37,923 nucleotides of DNA from a virus (taxonomy: Duplodnaviria > Caudoviricetes): positions 1 to 37,923 of IMG/VR virus record IMGVR_UViG_3300048851_000066, one strand, 5' to 3'. The notes beneath the pieces were generated by a model. The model worked only from the letters and a program-made list of their open reading frames with translations. It made no database searches and had not been told where the DNA came from. Positions 1 through 8,241 of this stretch are shown here, one piece after another. Made by a program: the position numbers and the translations under genes. Numbering within the stretch: the first letter of the stretch is position 1; every line of letters starts with the position of its first letter.

Positions 1-2265
1 GGCGCCACCGACGACACCGCCGCCTTCCAGGCCGCGATCGACGCCGCGGCGGCGCAGGGTGGCGGCGTGGTGCTGCTGGGGCCGCGCCGCTACGTGATCT
101 CCTCGGGCGACATCACCCTCAAGAACGGCGTGTTCCTGCGCGGGCGCACCAGCGGCGGCGGCTGGCGCCAGAACGGCGACTTCACCACCGTCACCCACGC
201 CATCCTGCTGGACCCCGCGCGCACCATCCGCATGCAGCGCAACGGCGGGCTGGAAGGGCTGGCGGTGCTGCGCCGGGGCATGACCGTGCCCAATTCGCTG
301 CGGGAGGGCCTGGATGCCATGGCCGCCTTCGCCGGCACCGCCATCACGGTGGGCGACGGCAGCGGCGGCGGCGGCGCGGGGAACGGCGCGGATACCACGC
401 TGGCGGGGCTGCTGATCCTGGGCTTCAACTGGGGCATCTACAGCTACGGCAATGCGCGCCTGCGCGTGAAGGACGTGCTGGGCGACGCGCGCAACGGCCT
501 CTACCTCGGCAATGCCTTCGATGTCTGCCGCATCAGCGAGGTGAACTGGCATCCGCTGGTCACCACCGGCCGCACCTGGTCCAACACCCGTGTTGCCATC
601 GGCAATGTCACCGACAACGGCGCGGGCCGCTTCCGCGTCACGCTGACGGGCGAGCACAGCCTGAAGACCGGCGAGCTGGTGAACATCTCCGAGGTGCGCA
701 ACAGCGGCTGCCCCGGCCTTTACGGCCGCTGGACGGTGACGGTGGTGGATTCCACCCGCGTGGACCTCGACGGCTCCACCTATGTCGCCGGCTGGACCTC
801 CGGCGGCGCCGCCTATGTGCAGCCCAACCGCCGCCTCGGCACCGCCTTCGCCGTCACCAGCGCCGACATGGCGTCCTTCCAGAACTGCTTCGAATACGGC
901 CACGACATCGGCTTCGACGTGCAGGGCGACGTGCATGCCTGCACCTTCGCCAATATCGGTGCCGACGGCTGGGTGGATGCGGCGGACCCGACCACGATCG
1001 GCCTCCGGCTCAGCGGCACCACGCAGCGCAACAAGTTCATCGGCGGCTTCCTGTCCTCCAAGGGCGTCTCCGTGCAGGTCTCCACCACGGGCACCGAGCA
1101 GCACGAGATCATCGGCGTCGACGTCACCGGCGGCGCGCGCCGCATCGCCGAGGTGCTGGACGGCCAGGTCTCCTTCGTGGGCTGCGACTTCACCGGCGGC
1201 CCGGGCACCGGCAACCAGGGCATCGCCGCCATCCACCTGGCGGAAGCGGTGGGCAATGTTATCGTCACCGGCTGCGACATCCGCCCCGTGACCTTCACCG
1301 CCGACAGCGCGGCGGCGATGAAGCGACTGAGCCTGGCCGCCAACCGCGTCGCCAGCGAAAGCACCAACCGCATCGCGGCCGGGCGCGTGGAAATCGCCTC
1401 CGTCTCCGACACCGCCGCCATCGAGACGCGGCTTTCCGCCGATGCCGACGGCGCGGTGAACATCCACAAGCGCGGCGGCAACGGCGCGCAGCTGCGGCTG
1501 ATGAATGCCGCCGACCTGCCGGCGGCGAGCTTCACGCTCTCCGGCGCCGAGGTGAACTTCAGCGGCGACAGCAGCAACAACCCGAATGCGGCGCTGAGCC
1601 TGGGCGGCGCGGGCATGACCCAGCCGCAGACCCTGCGCCTGCGCCGGCTTTCCGCCAGCCCCGCCGCCAACGACCGCGTGGCCGTGCTGGAAGCCAATGG
1701 CAACAACAGCGCGGCGGCCGAGCAGACCTTCGCGCGCGTCGCCGTCGTGGCGGAAGCCGTGACCAGCGGCGCCGAGGCCGGCGCGCTGGTGTTCGAGACC
1801 CGCGCGGCGGGGGTGGTGGCGGAGCGGTTCCGCATCTCCTCCTCCGGCACCGCGACGCTGAGCGGCCCGCTGGTGCTGCCGGGCGACCCGAGCACCAGCC
1901 TGCAGGCCGCCACCAAGCGCTATGTGGACGGGCAGTTCACCGAGCGGCGGCTGGCCACCGTGCTGCTCTCGGCCGCCACCACGCTGGCCTATGCCGCGCA
2001 TAACGGCCGCATGCTGATCGCCAATACCGGCACCACCCTGGCGCTGAGCTGGGCCAATGCGGGGGACGGCTTCTCCTGCACCGTGGTCAACCGCATGGGC
2101 ACGGACCTGGCGCTGGCGCTGTCGGGCTTCACCACCAACACGGCGCCCACCAATGCCGATGGCTTCACCAAGATCCGCGCCGGCGGCGTGGCCTCCCTGC
2201 TGGTGTATTCGCCCGATGGCGGCACCACCCGGATCTGCCACCTGACGGGCGCCGGGGCCCCCTGA
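1..2265 (+). CDS. Phage tailspike/tail-fibre-like protein, pectate-lyase-like beta-helix (5' truncated by the window)
   Basis: Frame is open from base 1 (GATDDTAAFQAAIDAAAAQGGGVVLL), the xTDDTAAxQxA start typical of pectate_lyase_3/GH28-like beta-helices. Also an FCCH-like insert (HSLKTGELVNIS...WTVTVVD), the fibre motif PxxxxQAATKRYVD and a small C-terminal beta-sandwich. Confidence 0.75.
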   Translation, partial: GATDDTAAFQAAIDAAAAQGGGVVLLGPRRYVISSGDITLKNGVFLRGRTSGGGWRQNGDFTTVTHAILLDPARTIRMQRNGGLEGLAVLRRGMTVPNSLREGLDAMAAFAGTAITVGDGSGGGGAGNGADTTLAGLLILGFNWGIYSYGNARLRVKDVLGDARNGLYLGNAFDVCRISEVNWHPLVTTGRTWSNTRVAIGNVTDNGAGRFRVTLTGEHSLKTGELVNISEVRNSGCPGLYGRWTVTVVDSTRVDLDGSTYVAGWTSGGAAYVQPNRRLGTAFAVTSADMASFQNCFEYGHDIGFDVQGDVHACTFANIGADGWVDAADPTTIGLRLSGTTQRNKFIGGFLSSKGVSVQVSTTGTEQHEIIGVDVTGGARRIAEVLDGQVSFVGCDFTGGPGTGNQGIAAIHLAEAVGNVIVTGCDIRPVTFTADSAAAMKRLSLAANRVASESTNRIAAGRVEIASVSDTAAIETRLSADADGAVNIHKRGGNGAQLRLMNAADLPAASFTLSGAEVNFSGDSSNNPNAALSLGGAGMTQPQTLRLRRLSASPAANDRVAVLEANGNNSAAAEQTFARVAVVAEAVTSGAEAGALVFETRAAGVVAERFRISSSGTATLSGPLVLPGDPSTSLQAATKRYVDGQFTERRLATVLLSAATTLAYAAHNGRMLIANTGTTLALSWANAGDGFSCTVVNRMGTDLALALSGFTTNTAPTNADGFTKIRAGGVASLLVYSPDGGTTRICHLTGAGAP

Positions 2266-2267
2266 GC

Positions 2268-3509
2268 ATGAACCTGTCCTTCTTTCCGGTCGGCGCACTG
2301 GGGGGCGGCGGCGCCCTCCGCGTGCTGGGGCCGGACAACCCCGGGCGCCTGGCCGTCAGCCGTAGCGGCGCCGCCACGGTGATGACCGCCTCGCTCAGCC
2401 TCACCGCCGCCACCGCGGATACGCCGCGCTTCAATGCCGAAGCGCGGCGGCTGCTGGTGGAAGGCGCGCGCGGCAATGCCATCGCCAATCCGCGCGCGGA
2501 AGGCGGCTCCACCACAGCCTATCCGGCGGAATGGGGCAGCCTGGCCACCATCGCCGGCATCACGCGCGAACTGGGCGGCACCGGCACCGAGTTCGGCATG
2601 CCCTATTTCCAGATCCGCTTTTTCGGCACGCCGGGCGCCAGTGGCGATTGCCGCACCCAGATGCAGGGCACGGCCGCCGCCGCGGCGCAGGGGCAGGCCT
2701 GGTCCGTCTCGGCCTTCATCCGCCGCGTCGCTGGCAGCGGCAACGGCATCGCGCCGGCGCTGCGCCTGATGGAGCGTAGCGCAGCCGGCGGCGCCATTGT
2801 GGCCAACAATTCCGGCGCGCTGGCGGTGACGGACAGTCTGGCCCGCTTCTCCTTCACCGCGACGCTGGGTGCCAGCACCACCGCCGGCCTGACGCCGGAA
2901 GTCGTGGTCAGCGTCACCGGCGGCGCGGCGGTGGATGCCACCTTCCGCATCTATGTGCCGCAGATGGAACTGGCGCCCTTCGCCTCCTCACCCATCCTGC
3001 CCCCGGCGGGCACCCCGGCGGCTTCCAGCCGCGCGGCGGACATGCCGGTCTGGACGCCGGCCGGCGGCTTCGGGGCGCAGGGCACCGTAGTGGTGCGGGC
3101 CATGCTGCCGCAGCTGGCGCCCTTCGGAGCGTCCCAGGGGCTGTGGCAGATCGACGATGGCACCGACCAGAACCGCATCCTGCTGCGCAACACCTCGGCC
3201 GGTTCCGCCATCACCGGCGTGGTGGATGTGGGCGGGACCAGCCTGGCCACGCTGGCTGCCGGCAACATGACGCCGGGCACCCCCTTTCGGGCCGCCTTCG
3301 CCTGGGCGTCGGGGGACCAGGCGCTCTGCCTGGGCGGCGGCGCGGTGCAGACGGCCTCGGCCGCCCTGCCCGCCGGCCTGATCCGCATGCTGGTGGGCCA
3401 CGCTTCCGTCCAGCTCAACCGTGCCGCCCATGGCGAGGTGGAGCTGGTGGAATACAGGCCCGCCCGTCTGCCCAACAGCCTTCTGCAGGCGCTGGCGAAT
3501 GCCGCCTGA
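2268..3509 (+). CDS. Phage head-spike/fibre-family protein with ConA/LamG-like C-terminal domain
   Basis: Motif series SRSGAAT...DTPRF...LLVEGARGN...PQMELAPFASSPI...SRAAD...QGTVVV is characteristic of this fibre family; paralogous to 12709-13962. Confidence 0.7.
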   Translation: MNLSFFPVGALGGGGALRVLGPDNPGRLAVSRSGAATVMTASLSLTAATADTPRFNAEARRLLVEGARGNAIANPRAEGGSTTAYPAEWGSLATIAGITRELGGTGTEFGMPYFQIRFFGTPGASGDCRTQMQGTAAAAAQGQAWSVSAFIRRVAGSGNGIAPALRLMERSAAGGAIVANNSGALAVTDSLARFSFTATLGASTTAGLTPEVVVSVTGGAAVDATFRIYVPQMELAPFASSPILPPAGTPAASSRAADMPVWTPAGGFGAQGTVVVRAMLPQLAPFGASQGLWQIDDGTDQNRILLRNTSAGSAITGVVDVGGTSLATLAAGNMTPGTPFRAAFAWASGDQALCLGGGAVQTASAALPAGLIRMLVGHASVQLNRAAHGEVELVEYRPARLPNSLLQALANAA

Positions 3510-3542
3510 GCCGCAGGCCACCCCTCACCAAGGAACCAAACC

Positions 3543-3923
3543 ATGCCTGTCCTGACCGATTACGCCCGCAACCTGCTGGCCCGTGCCATCTGCGCCCGCG
3601 GCCCCTCACTGCCCACCGTCATCTATGCCGCGCTGGGCACCGGCGGCACCGTGGCCGCCGGCCTGTCCGGCGAGCCCGCCGGCAGCGGCTATGCGCGCCA
3701 GAAGGTGGTCTTCACCGGCACTGGGGAGCAGCGCAATGCCGAGGCGCTGCGCTTCGTCTTCACCGCCGCCGCCGCCGCCGGCACGCTGACCTATGTCGGG
3801 CTTTACGACGCGGCCTCCGGCGGCAATGCGCTGGCCTTTGGCCCGCTGACGCAGAACGCGCCCGTCTCCGGCGCCGGCACCGTGACGGTCGGTGCCGAAT
3901 CCCTGACCATCAACGCCGAGTAA
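3543..3923 (+). CDS. Small phage tail/structural protein (126 aa)
   Basis: AAGGA RBS; motifs YAALGT...EPAGSGYARQ...VGLYDAASGGNAL typical of small phage tail-associated proteins. Confidence 0.7.
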   Translation: MPVLTDYARNLLARAICARGPSLPTVIYAALGTGGTVAAGLSGEPAGSGYARQKVVFTGTGEQRNAEALRFVFTAAAAAGTLTYVGLYDAASGGNALAFGPLTQNAPVSGAGTVTVGAESLTINAE

Positions 3924-3934
3924 GGGCCCGGCGA

Positions 3935-3960
3935 GCCGCGCCGCCCGCCCGCGGCGCGGC
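3935..3960. repeat. Perfect 10-bp GC hairpin between the tail gene and the holin
   Basis: GCCGCGCCGC-ccgccc-GCGGCGCGGC; no U-tract, so it is not a clear intrinsic terminator. Confidence 0.5.
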
Positions 3961-3991
3961 CACCCCCTCCTGTTTCCGCAAGGAGCATCCG

Positions 3992-4174
3992 ATGCGCTAT
4001 CTCCTCGACCGCCTGGCCGAGCCGGGCACGCTGCGCTCGCTCGCCGTGGTGATCTTCGCCCTCAAGGGCATCGCGCCGGACGAAGGCACGATTCAGGGCT
4101 TTGTGGATGTCGCCATCCTGCTGCTGGGCGTGGTGTCCGCCCTGATGCCGGAAAGCAAGGCGGCCAAGCCGTGA
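3992..4174 (+). CDS. Putative holin (60 aa, two hydrophobic segments)
   Basis: AAGGAG RBS; MRYLLDRLAEPGTLRSLAVVIFAL...VAILLLGVVSALMPE; stop overlaps the lysozyme start (GTGA). Confidence 0.65.
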   Translation: MRYLLDRLAEPGTLRSLAVVIFALKGIAPDEGTIQGFVDVAILLLGVVSALMPESKAAKP

Positions 4175-4626
4175 CCGCGGCCGCCGCGGGCAGCCCCCTG
4201 GCCGCATTGCTGGCGCGCGAGGAAGGGCTGCGGCTGACCGTCTATGACGATGCCACCGGCAAGCCGCTGCTGCCCGGCACCCTGCTGGTGGGCCACCCCA
4301 CCATCGGCATCGGCCGCTGCCTGGACCGGCGCGGCATCACCACCGCCGAGGCCATGGCGCTGCTGGACAACGACATCGCCGAATTGCGGGCACAGCTGGC
4401 CCAGGCCCTGCCTTGGGCGGCGGCGCTGAGCGAGAACCGGCGGATGGTGCTGCAGGCGATGGCCTTCCAGCTGGGCATGGCGGGCCTGCTGGCCTTCCGG
4501 GATATGCTCGCCGCCCTGCGCCGCGGGGATCACGCGGCGGCGGCGGACGGCATGCTGGCCTCGCTCTGGGCGCGGCAGACCCCCGCCCGTGCCGCGCGCA
4601 TGGCGGCGATGATGCGCGCTGGCTGA
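4171..4626 (+). CDS. Phage lysozyme, T4-type (GH24-like) endolysin
   Basis: EEGLRLTVYDD...PTIGIGRCL catalytic region; C-terminal SLWARQTPARAAR. Confidence 0.85.
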   Translation: MTAAAAGSPLAALLAREEGLRLTVYDDATGKPLLPGTLLVGHPTIGIGRCLDRRGITTAEAMALLDNDIAELRAQLAQALPWAAALSENRRMVLQAMAFQLGMAGLLAFRDMLAALRRGDHAAAADGMLASLWARQTPARAARMAAMMRAG

Positions 4627-4709
4627 GCCCCGGGCCTTCCCCGGGGTCCCCCGCCGAGGCAGATCGCGGAAGCGTGTGCTTTTGGCGGGGGCAGCTTATA
4701 CTTCGCGGC

Positions 4710-6164
4710 ATGCCGGAGCCGACAGGGTCAGTTTTTCCGCTCAAGACGCCGTTCTGGGAAGGCCTCATACGGCGCTTGCCGCGCCGGACCATGGCCGCGC
4801 CCCGCCGCCATGGCCTGGCGGCGCTGCTGGTGCTGGCGGCGGCGGCGGTCCGGCTGGCCCTGCCGGTGGCCGGCCTACCCTACCTCTTCTTCATTCCGCC
4901 CGTCATGGCGGCGGACTTTCTGCTGGGCATCGGCCCGGGCCTCTTCGCCACCCTGCTCGCGACGCTGCTGGCGGCAGGCCTCTTCACCTCCCCCTCCTTC
5001 TCCTTCCGCCTTCCGGCGGAGCAATGGCCGGCCACGGTTCTGTTCGCCCTGGTCACCGCCGGCATCGCGCTGGTCTGCGCCACCTTCCGCGGCATCCTCG
5101 CCGCCCGGGACGCCGATCTCGCGGCGCTGCGCCAGGCCCTGGCGGCGGCGGCCGAAAGCCGTGCCGATGCCGCCGGAAGCGCCGCCTTCCTGGGCGGCGT
5201 GCTGGCCAACTCCTCCGACTGCATCGTGGTGCTGGACCTCGATGCCCGGCTGACCTTCATGAGCGAAGGCGGCCGCCGCACCATGGAAGTGGCCGATTTC
5301 GCCGCCATCCAGGGCGCCCCCTGGCCCGAGCTGTGGCAGGGCGCGGCGCAGGCGGAGGCCCTGGCCGCCGTGGCCCAGGCCCGTGCCGGCCAGGCCGCGC
5401 GCTTCCAGGGGCTGGCGCATACCATGCACGGCCGGCCGCTGTGGTGGGACGTGGCCGTGACGCCGATCCTGGATGCCGCCGGCCGGCCGGAGCGGCTGCT
5501 CTGCGTGGCGCGGGACATCACCGCCCTGCGGCGGCTGGATGAGCAGCAGCGCCTGTTGAACCAGGAGCTGCGGCACCGGCTGAAGAACACCCTGGCCATG
5601 GCCCAGGCGGTGATGCACCAGACGCTGCGTCAGGCCCCTTCCCTGGCGGTGGCGCGGGAGGCGCTGGATGCCCGCATGATGGCCCTGGCGCGCGCGCATG
5701 ATAGCCTGGTGGATGTCGCAAGCCAGGGCACGCAGATCCATGACGTGGTCAGCCGCGCCCTGCTGCCCCATGACGGTCAGGCCGGCGCCATCCGCGTGGA
5801 AGGGCCGGCCCTGCGGTTGTCCGCCCGCTGCGCCCTGGCCTTGACCCTGGCGCTGCATGAACTCGCCACCAATGCCGCCAAGTACGGCGCCCTCCTGGTT
5901 CCGGGCGGCAAGGTCGCCTTGTTCTGGCGAATCCTGCCGCCCTTCGATGGCGCCGAAGCCGGGTTTCAGCTGGTCTGGCAGGAAAGCGGCGGTCCGCCGG
6001 TGCAGCCGCCGGCGTGCGCCGGCTTCGGCAGCTTCATGATCAGCCGCACCCTGCCCGGCTATTTCGAGGGCGAGGCCGTGCTGGACCACGCGCCGGGCGG
6101 CCTGCGCTATCAGCTCCGCGCCCCGCTGGCGGCGCTGAACGAGGGCGACGTCGGCACGGCCTGA
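4710..6164 (+). CDS. HWE-family sensor histidine kinase (membrane DUF4118-like domain + PAS)
   Basis: About four TM helices, PAS/PAC (WWDVAVTPILD...ARDIT), H-box ELRHRLKN, LHELATNAAKYGAL, WQESGGP, GFGS. Start uncertain (4710 or 4791). Confidence 0.88.
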   Translation: MPEPTGSVFPLKTPFWEGLIRRLPRRTMAAPRRHGLAALLVLAAAAVRLALPVAGLPYLFFIPPVMAADFLLGIGPGLFATLLATLLAAGLFTSPSFSFRLPAEQWPATVLFALVTAGIALVCATFRGILAARDADLAALRQALAAAAESRADAAGSAAFLGGVLANSSDCIVVLDLDARLTFMSEGGRRTMEVADFAAIQGAPWPELWQGAAQAEALAAVAQARAGQAARFQGLAHTMHGRPLWWDVAVTPILDAAGRPERLLCVARDITALRRLDEQQRLLNQELRHRLKNTLAMAQAVMHQTLRQAPSLAVAREALDARMMALARAHDSLVDVASQGTQIHDVVSRALLPHDGQAGAIRVEGPALRLSARCALALTLALHELATNAAKYGALLVPGGKVALFWRILPPFDGAEAGFQLVWQESGGPPVQPPACAGFGSFMISRTLPGYFEGEAVLDHAPGGLRYQLRAPLAALNEGDVGTA

Positions 6165-6254
6165 GGCGGCGGTTCTTCCCACCATCGCATCATATTGCAT
6201 CCTCTGCCCCTTGCGCCGGGCCACGCGGTGTGGCATCTGCCGCCACCTCGACGG

Positions 6255-6329
<75 letters not shown>

Positions 6330-6330
6330 T

Positions 6331-6357
6331 CGAAGCCCTTGAGAAATAAGGGCTTCG
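6331..6357 (+). terminator. Inverted repeat directly after the tRNA (terminator or att-associated hairpin)
   Basis: CGAAGCCCTT-gagaaat-AAGGGCTTCG, perfect 10-bp stem. Confidence 0.6.
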
Positions 6358-6556
6358 CCCCCTCCCCGGCTAAATCCCATCGTGAACAGATCGGCACCTA
6401 AAAGCCCGATTGCGCACCCTGTTTGGCACACTTCTGACACAGCCACCCGGCGCCGTTCCGCGCCTGTGCCGGGGCTGAAGCGATGCGCAGCAGATTTTCG
6501 GCAAATATTTTTTGGGCCTGACCAGCGCCAACCCGATCAGGCGAAAGAGAATCGTT

Positions 6557-6571
6557 GTTCTTCGTCTGTTC
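6557..6571 (+). promoter_or_regulatory. Alphaproteobacterial LexA (SOS) box
   Basis: GTTC-ttcgtct-GTTC is an exact GTTC-N7-GTTC match, 20 nt upstream of the ATG at 6592 and overlapping a candidate -35 (TTGTTC). Confidence 0.75.
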
Positions 6572-6591
6572 ACGGTACTAGCGTCAGCCCT

Positions 6592-6900
6592 ATGGCCCGA
6601 TCATCCCCCCTGCCGATCCAAGCCAGCGAACGGGAAGCCCTGCTCGCCAGCCCCCTCAACACCCTCCTGGAGACAGCAATCGTCGCCCACTGCGGTGACC
6701 CAGGCTGCCCACCACCGAGGCCAATCCCCATGGCCGACGTGATGGAAGCCCGCGGCAACCGCCCCCTTCACCATGTGCTTTCCAGCCTGTTCTGCACGGC
6801 GTGCGGTTCCCCCGCCCGCGCCGTGTCGCTCCGGGCCGACTGCCCCGGCGGCTGGATCGTCCAGCCGGTGGTGGTGCCTGAAGCAAGGGTTCCCGTATGA
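6592..6900 (+). CDS. Small putative Zn-binding protein (102 aa)
   Basis: HCGDPGC...FCTACG cysteine pairs; ATGA-coupled to the next ORF. Confidence 0.7.
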   Translation: MARSSPLPIQASEREALLASPLNTLLETAIVAHCGDPGCPPPRPIPMADVMEARGNRPLHHVLSSLFCTACGSPARAVSLRADCPGGWIVQPVVVPEARVPV

Positions 6901-7217
6901 CCGAGCCGGATCATGACAGCTTCGACGTCCGGGCCCGTCGCGACGATCCGAGCACCTGGCGCCAGGCGACGGTGGAGGAGGTGGCCAGTTCCCTGGCCTA
7001 CTCGCTGGGCTGGAACAAGCAGGGCCGGCCGCACGGTAAGCGCATGGGCGAGATGCGGGAGATGCTGGCGGCGTGGCAGGTCGAGCATCTGCTGATGTCG
7101 AATTACGTCATCATGAAGAGGCCGCCGGCTCTGCCGCACAGCACGGGCGGTGCGCCGCACCCCAACGACGATGAGCAAAAAGCCCGGCAAGACGGGGGTC
7201 TCACCGGGCGTTCCTGA
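6897..7217 (+). CDS. Hypothetical protein resembling a small alphaproteobacterial family
   Basis: ATVEEVASSLAYSL...VEHLLMSNYVIMKRPP pattern; ATGA overlap with the upstream gene. Confidence 0.7.
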   Translation: MTEPDHDSFDVRARRDDPSTWRQATVEEVASSLAYSLGWNKQGRPHGKRMGEMREMLAAWQVEHLLMSNYVIMKRPPALPHSTGGAPHPNDDEQKARQDGGLTGRS

Positions 7218-7240
7218 TTGATGTTACCCCACCGGGGGCA
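7177..7240 (-). ncRNA. Candidate ~64-nt small RNA
   Basis: Flanked by TTGCGC-N17-TAGGTT upstream and a 12-bp hairpin plus TTTTT downstream; 5' hairpin TGCCCC-CGGT-GGGGTA; no convincing ORF. Confidence 0.5.
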
Positions 7241-7245
7241 TGGCC

Positions 7246-7274
7246 AACCTACGGATGATTTACGTTTCGCGCAA
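7246..7274 (-). promoter_or_regulatory. Sigma70-like promoter for the candidate sRNA
   Basis: - strand TTGCGC (7274-7269), 17-nt spacer, TAGGTT (7251-7246). Confidence 0.5.
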
Positions 7275-7379
7275 ACAGCGCGGCTGTAAGATTTTGCACA
7301 AGCTGAAGACTGCGGCGGTTTTTTTCGCGGGTAGGCCCTTGGCATGATAAGCAACGCTTATCGTGTGCAGGCGGACACG

Positions 7380-7410
7380 AAAAAGCCCGGCAGGATTGCT
7401 CCCGCCGGGC
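7380..7410 (-). terminator. Rho-independent terminator of the antirepressor operon
   Basis: - strand GCCCGGCGGG-agcaat-CCTGCCGGGC-TTTTT, 26 nt after the ant stop. Confidence 0.8.
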
Positions 7411-7436
7411 CAAGGCTGTTCAGGAATGATGGTGCG

Positions 7437-8162
7437 CTAATGTGCGGCGCCGAGTTCCGCCAGCCGGGTCAAACCTTTCGGCGTCACCAGAACCTGTTCC
7501 ACGATCTTCTCCGACCCGTCCGAGCGGGAAACGGTGCTGACTTTGTGCGTCAGGAGGCCGGCCTGAACCCGGTTCTGGTAGCCGAGCCAGTTCTTGCCGC
7601 CGGCACGTTTGTAGATCCACGCCTTCGCCTGCATTGACATGAACAAGACCTTGGGCTGCAGGCCGAGAGCCTTGGCCGCCTCAGTGATGGTCAGCTCACC
7701 ATCCGCAGTCGCAATGCGGTCGAGTGCCACCGCCTTGGGCTCCAGTAAAGCGATCTGCTGCTTGGCCTCATCCAGCTTGCCTGCCGCCAGCAGCAAGGCG
7801 CGCGAGAGCGTGATCTCGTCACTCTCCGGCGCCACCGTGAAGGACCCAGTCTTGCGGATGGACGGCAACACCTCAGCGGTCACCCACTTCTTGAACCGCT
7901 TCGCCATGATCTTACGGCTCGTCAGGATCAGGCTGTAGAGGCCGCTTTCGTTGACGATACCCATCATCTGGTCGCCACCAAGGGTGTCACTAGTAATGAC
8001 ACCCTTCTCGTCGTCATCCAGACGGCTGGCCGCTTGGCGGCTGTTGGCAATCTCCAGCACCCGACACACGTCGGCCAGTACCCACCAGGGCTCACCGTCA
8101 CGAGAAATCACACGAATGGAGTTGCCTTCGAAGTCGAAGGGCACGATGTTGTTTGCGGTCAC
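7437..8162 (-). CDS. ant: Phage antirepressor, Bro-N + ANT/KilAC domains
   Basis: FDFEGNSIRV...GEPWWVLADVCRVLEI...VNESGLYSLILTSRK...FKKWVTAEVLPSIRKTG (Bro-N); PKA...ITEAAKALG...QVLVTPKGL (ANT/KilAC). Confidence 0.93.
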   Translation of the reverse strand: MTANNIVPFDFEGNSIRVISRDGEPWWVLADVCRVLEIANSRQAASRLDDDEKGVITSDTLGGDQMMGIVNESGLYSLILTSRKIMAKRFKKWVTAEVLPSIRKTGSFTVAPESDEITLSRALLLAAGKLDEAKQQIALLEPKAVALDRIATADGELTITEAAKALGLQPKVLFMSMQAKAWIYKRAGGKNWLGYQNRVQAGLLTHKVSTVSRSDGSEKIVEQVLVTPKGLTRLAELGAAH

Positions 8163-8241
8163 GGATTGCTTCCTACAATCTGTGGTTGACGATCCGCTGC
8201 TCTAACAGCGGTGAATTAGGCTCCGGCGGCGGGGAGGTTTC

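Noticed and set aside
3763-3780. (GCC)n run as a phase-variable repeat
   Set aside because: In-frame trinucleotide encoding poly-Ala; common in GC-rich genes and would not shift the frame.
4413-4709. Extended N-terminus of the histidine kinase; similar extensions at 6382, 8378, 12988, 24070, 36299 and 37134
   Set aside because: These overlap neighbouring genes or regulatory DNA; downstream starts have better RBS or coupling and match domain boundaries.
7420-7426. 7-nt complementarity between the candidate sRNA (UCAGGAA) and the ant 3' UTR (UUCCUGA)
   Set aside because: Too short to distinguish from chance and does not extend on either side.
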